A stretch of DNA of 64,000 nt, from NCBI GenBank assembly GCA_034189225.1, contig JAXHVL010000136.1, positions 6,549 through 70,548 on the forward strand, given 5' to 3'. Below the pieces are notes generated by a model, which worked only from the letters and a program-made list of their open reading frames with translations, was not told where the DNA came from and did no database searches. Both the position numbers and the translations under genes were made by a program. The DNA comes from Thermodesulfobacteriota bacterium (lineage in GTDB: Bacteria; Desulfobacterota; Desulfobacteria; Desulfobacterales; Desulfosudaceae). Shown in pieces: positions 63,475-64,000 of the stretch (position 1 is its first letter; each line of letters begins with the position of its first letter).

Positions 63475-64000
63475 ATGAGCACCACCACTCGCCCGGACGA
63501 CGCAAACCTTGACGAGCTCTGCATCAATACCATCCGATGTCTGTCAATAGACGCCATTCAAAAGGCTAACTCCGGCCATCCAGGCGCCCCCATGGGGCTG
63601 GCCCCGGCCGGTTACGTGCTGTGGACACGGATACTGAAACACAACCCCAATAATCCGGGATGGATCGACCGCGACCGGTTCGTCCTGTCCGGCGGCCATG
63701 CCTCCATGCTGCTTTACAGCCTGCTGCATCTCACCGGCTACCCCCTGTCCCTGGACGACATTAAAAATTTCCGTCAGTTGGGCAGCAAGACGCCGGGCCA
63801 CCCGGAATACGGGCACACCCCCGGCGTGGAAACCACCACCGGCCCGCTGGGCCAGGGATTTGCCAATGCCGTAGGCATGGCCATTGCCGAACAGCATCTT
63901 GCCACGCGGTTCAACCGGGACGATCTGAATATTGTCAACCATTTTACCTATGTGATGTGCGGCGACGGGGACCTGATGGAGGGCATTTCCTATGAGGCCG
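63475..64000 (+). CDS. tkt: transketolase, N-terminal part (runs off the window)
   Basis: ATG 63475 and open to the end of the window. Translation [50 protein letters not shown]...GHPE...[16 protein letters not shown]...GDGDLMEG carries the classical TPP-binding motifs. Confidence 0.92.
   Translation, partial: MSTTTRPDDANLDELCINTIRCLSIDAIQKANSGHPGAPMGLAPAGYVLWTRILKHNPNNPGWIDRDRFVLSGGHASMLLYSLLHLTGYPLSLDDIKNFRQLGSKTPGHPEYGHTPGVETTTGPLGQGFANAVGMAIAEQHLATRFNRDDLNIVNHFTYVMCGDGDLMEGISYEA

Overview
This 64-kb chromosomal segment has moderately high GC (roughly mid-50s % by eye) with a few AT-rich patches. Gene content suggests a strictly anaerobic Desulfobacterales-like deltaproteobacterium: Ni-CODH CooS, the anaerobic cbi cobalamin pathway, a signal-peptide CbiK, a b558-type sdhCAB and many PAS/two-component genes. 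That taxonomic call is inference only.

Gene order:
- 229-8570: a membrane-anchored B12-binding radical SAM protein, a CheB-CheR-PAS fusion translationally coupled to a PAS histidine kinase, a NarL-type regulator and two orphan receiver proteins.
- 8742-11078: DJ-1/PfpI, a small 4-Cys protein and a Lpd-like flavoprotein disulfide reductase.
- 11341-18507, minus strand: a TonB2-type cluster (DUF3450, long ExbB, ExbB, ExbD, TonB, TPR) behind a cobalamin riboswitch.
- 18700-24940, plus strand: a second, divergent cobalamin riboswitch driving signal-peptide cbiK, a btuCDF-like ABC importer, cbiL and an uncharacterised Gate-domain membrane protein.
- 24967-31183, minus strand: cbiC-cbiD-cbiET-cbiF-cbiGH behind a third cobalamin riboswitch.
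- 31347-37912: lexA coupled to DUF72, then imuB and dnaE2.
- 37991-47161: an AT-rich two-gene permease islet next to tRNA-Leu, then tsaC, a purD-purE fusion, ddl, DUF1992, tRNA-Met(CAT), a hyper-acidic zinc-ribbon/DUF3426 protein and cbpA.
- 47476-55035: grx, two acyl-CoA dehydrogenases and a family III CoA-transferase translationally coupled to sdhCAB.
- 55346-64000: a metallophosphoesterase, a DUF4258/DUF2283 toxin-antitoxin-like pair, an asnB-like gene with a short glutamate-cysteine-ligase-like gene, cooS, a small radical SAM protein and the start of transketolase.

The signals least explained by ordinary annotation are all non-coding:
1. Two ~390-nt cobalamin riboswitch leaders are almost identical, and each carries a ~130-nt repeat element inside the aptamer.
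2. A family of intergenic hairpins has arms built from phased 7-nt core repeats (CACGGAA, CACGAAG, CATGAAG, GAAATTR, GCAGAGR).
3. A set of modular mosaic repeats recurs in the same order at several gene ends, including inside operons.

I saw no CRISPR array, transposase, integrase, rRNA or recognisable defence system.
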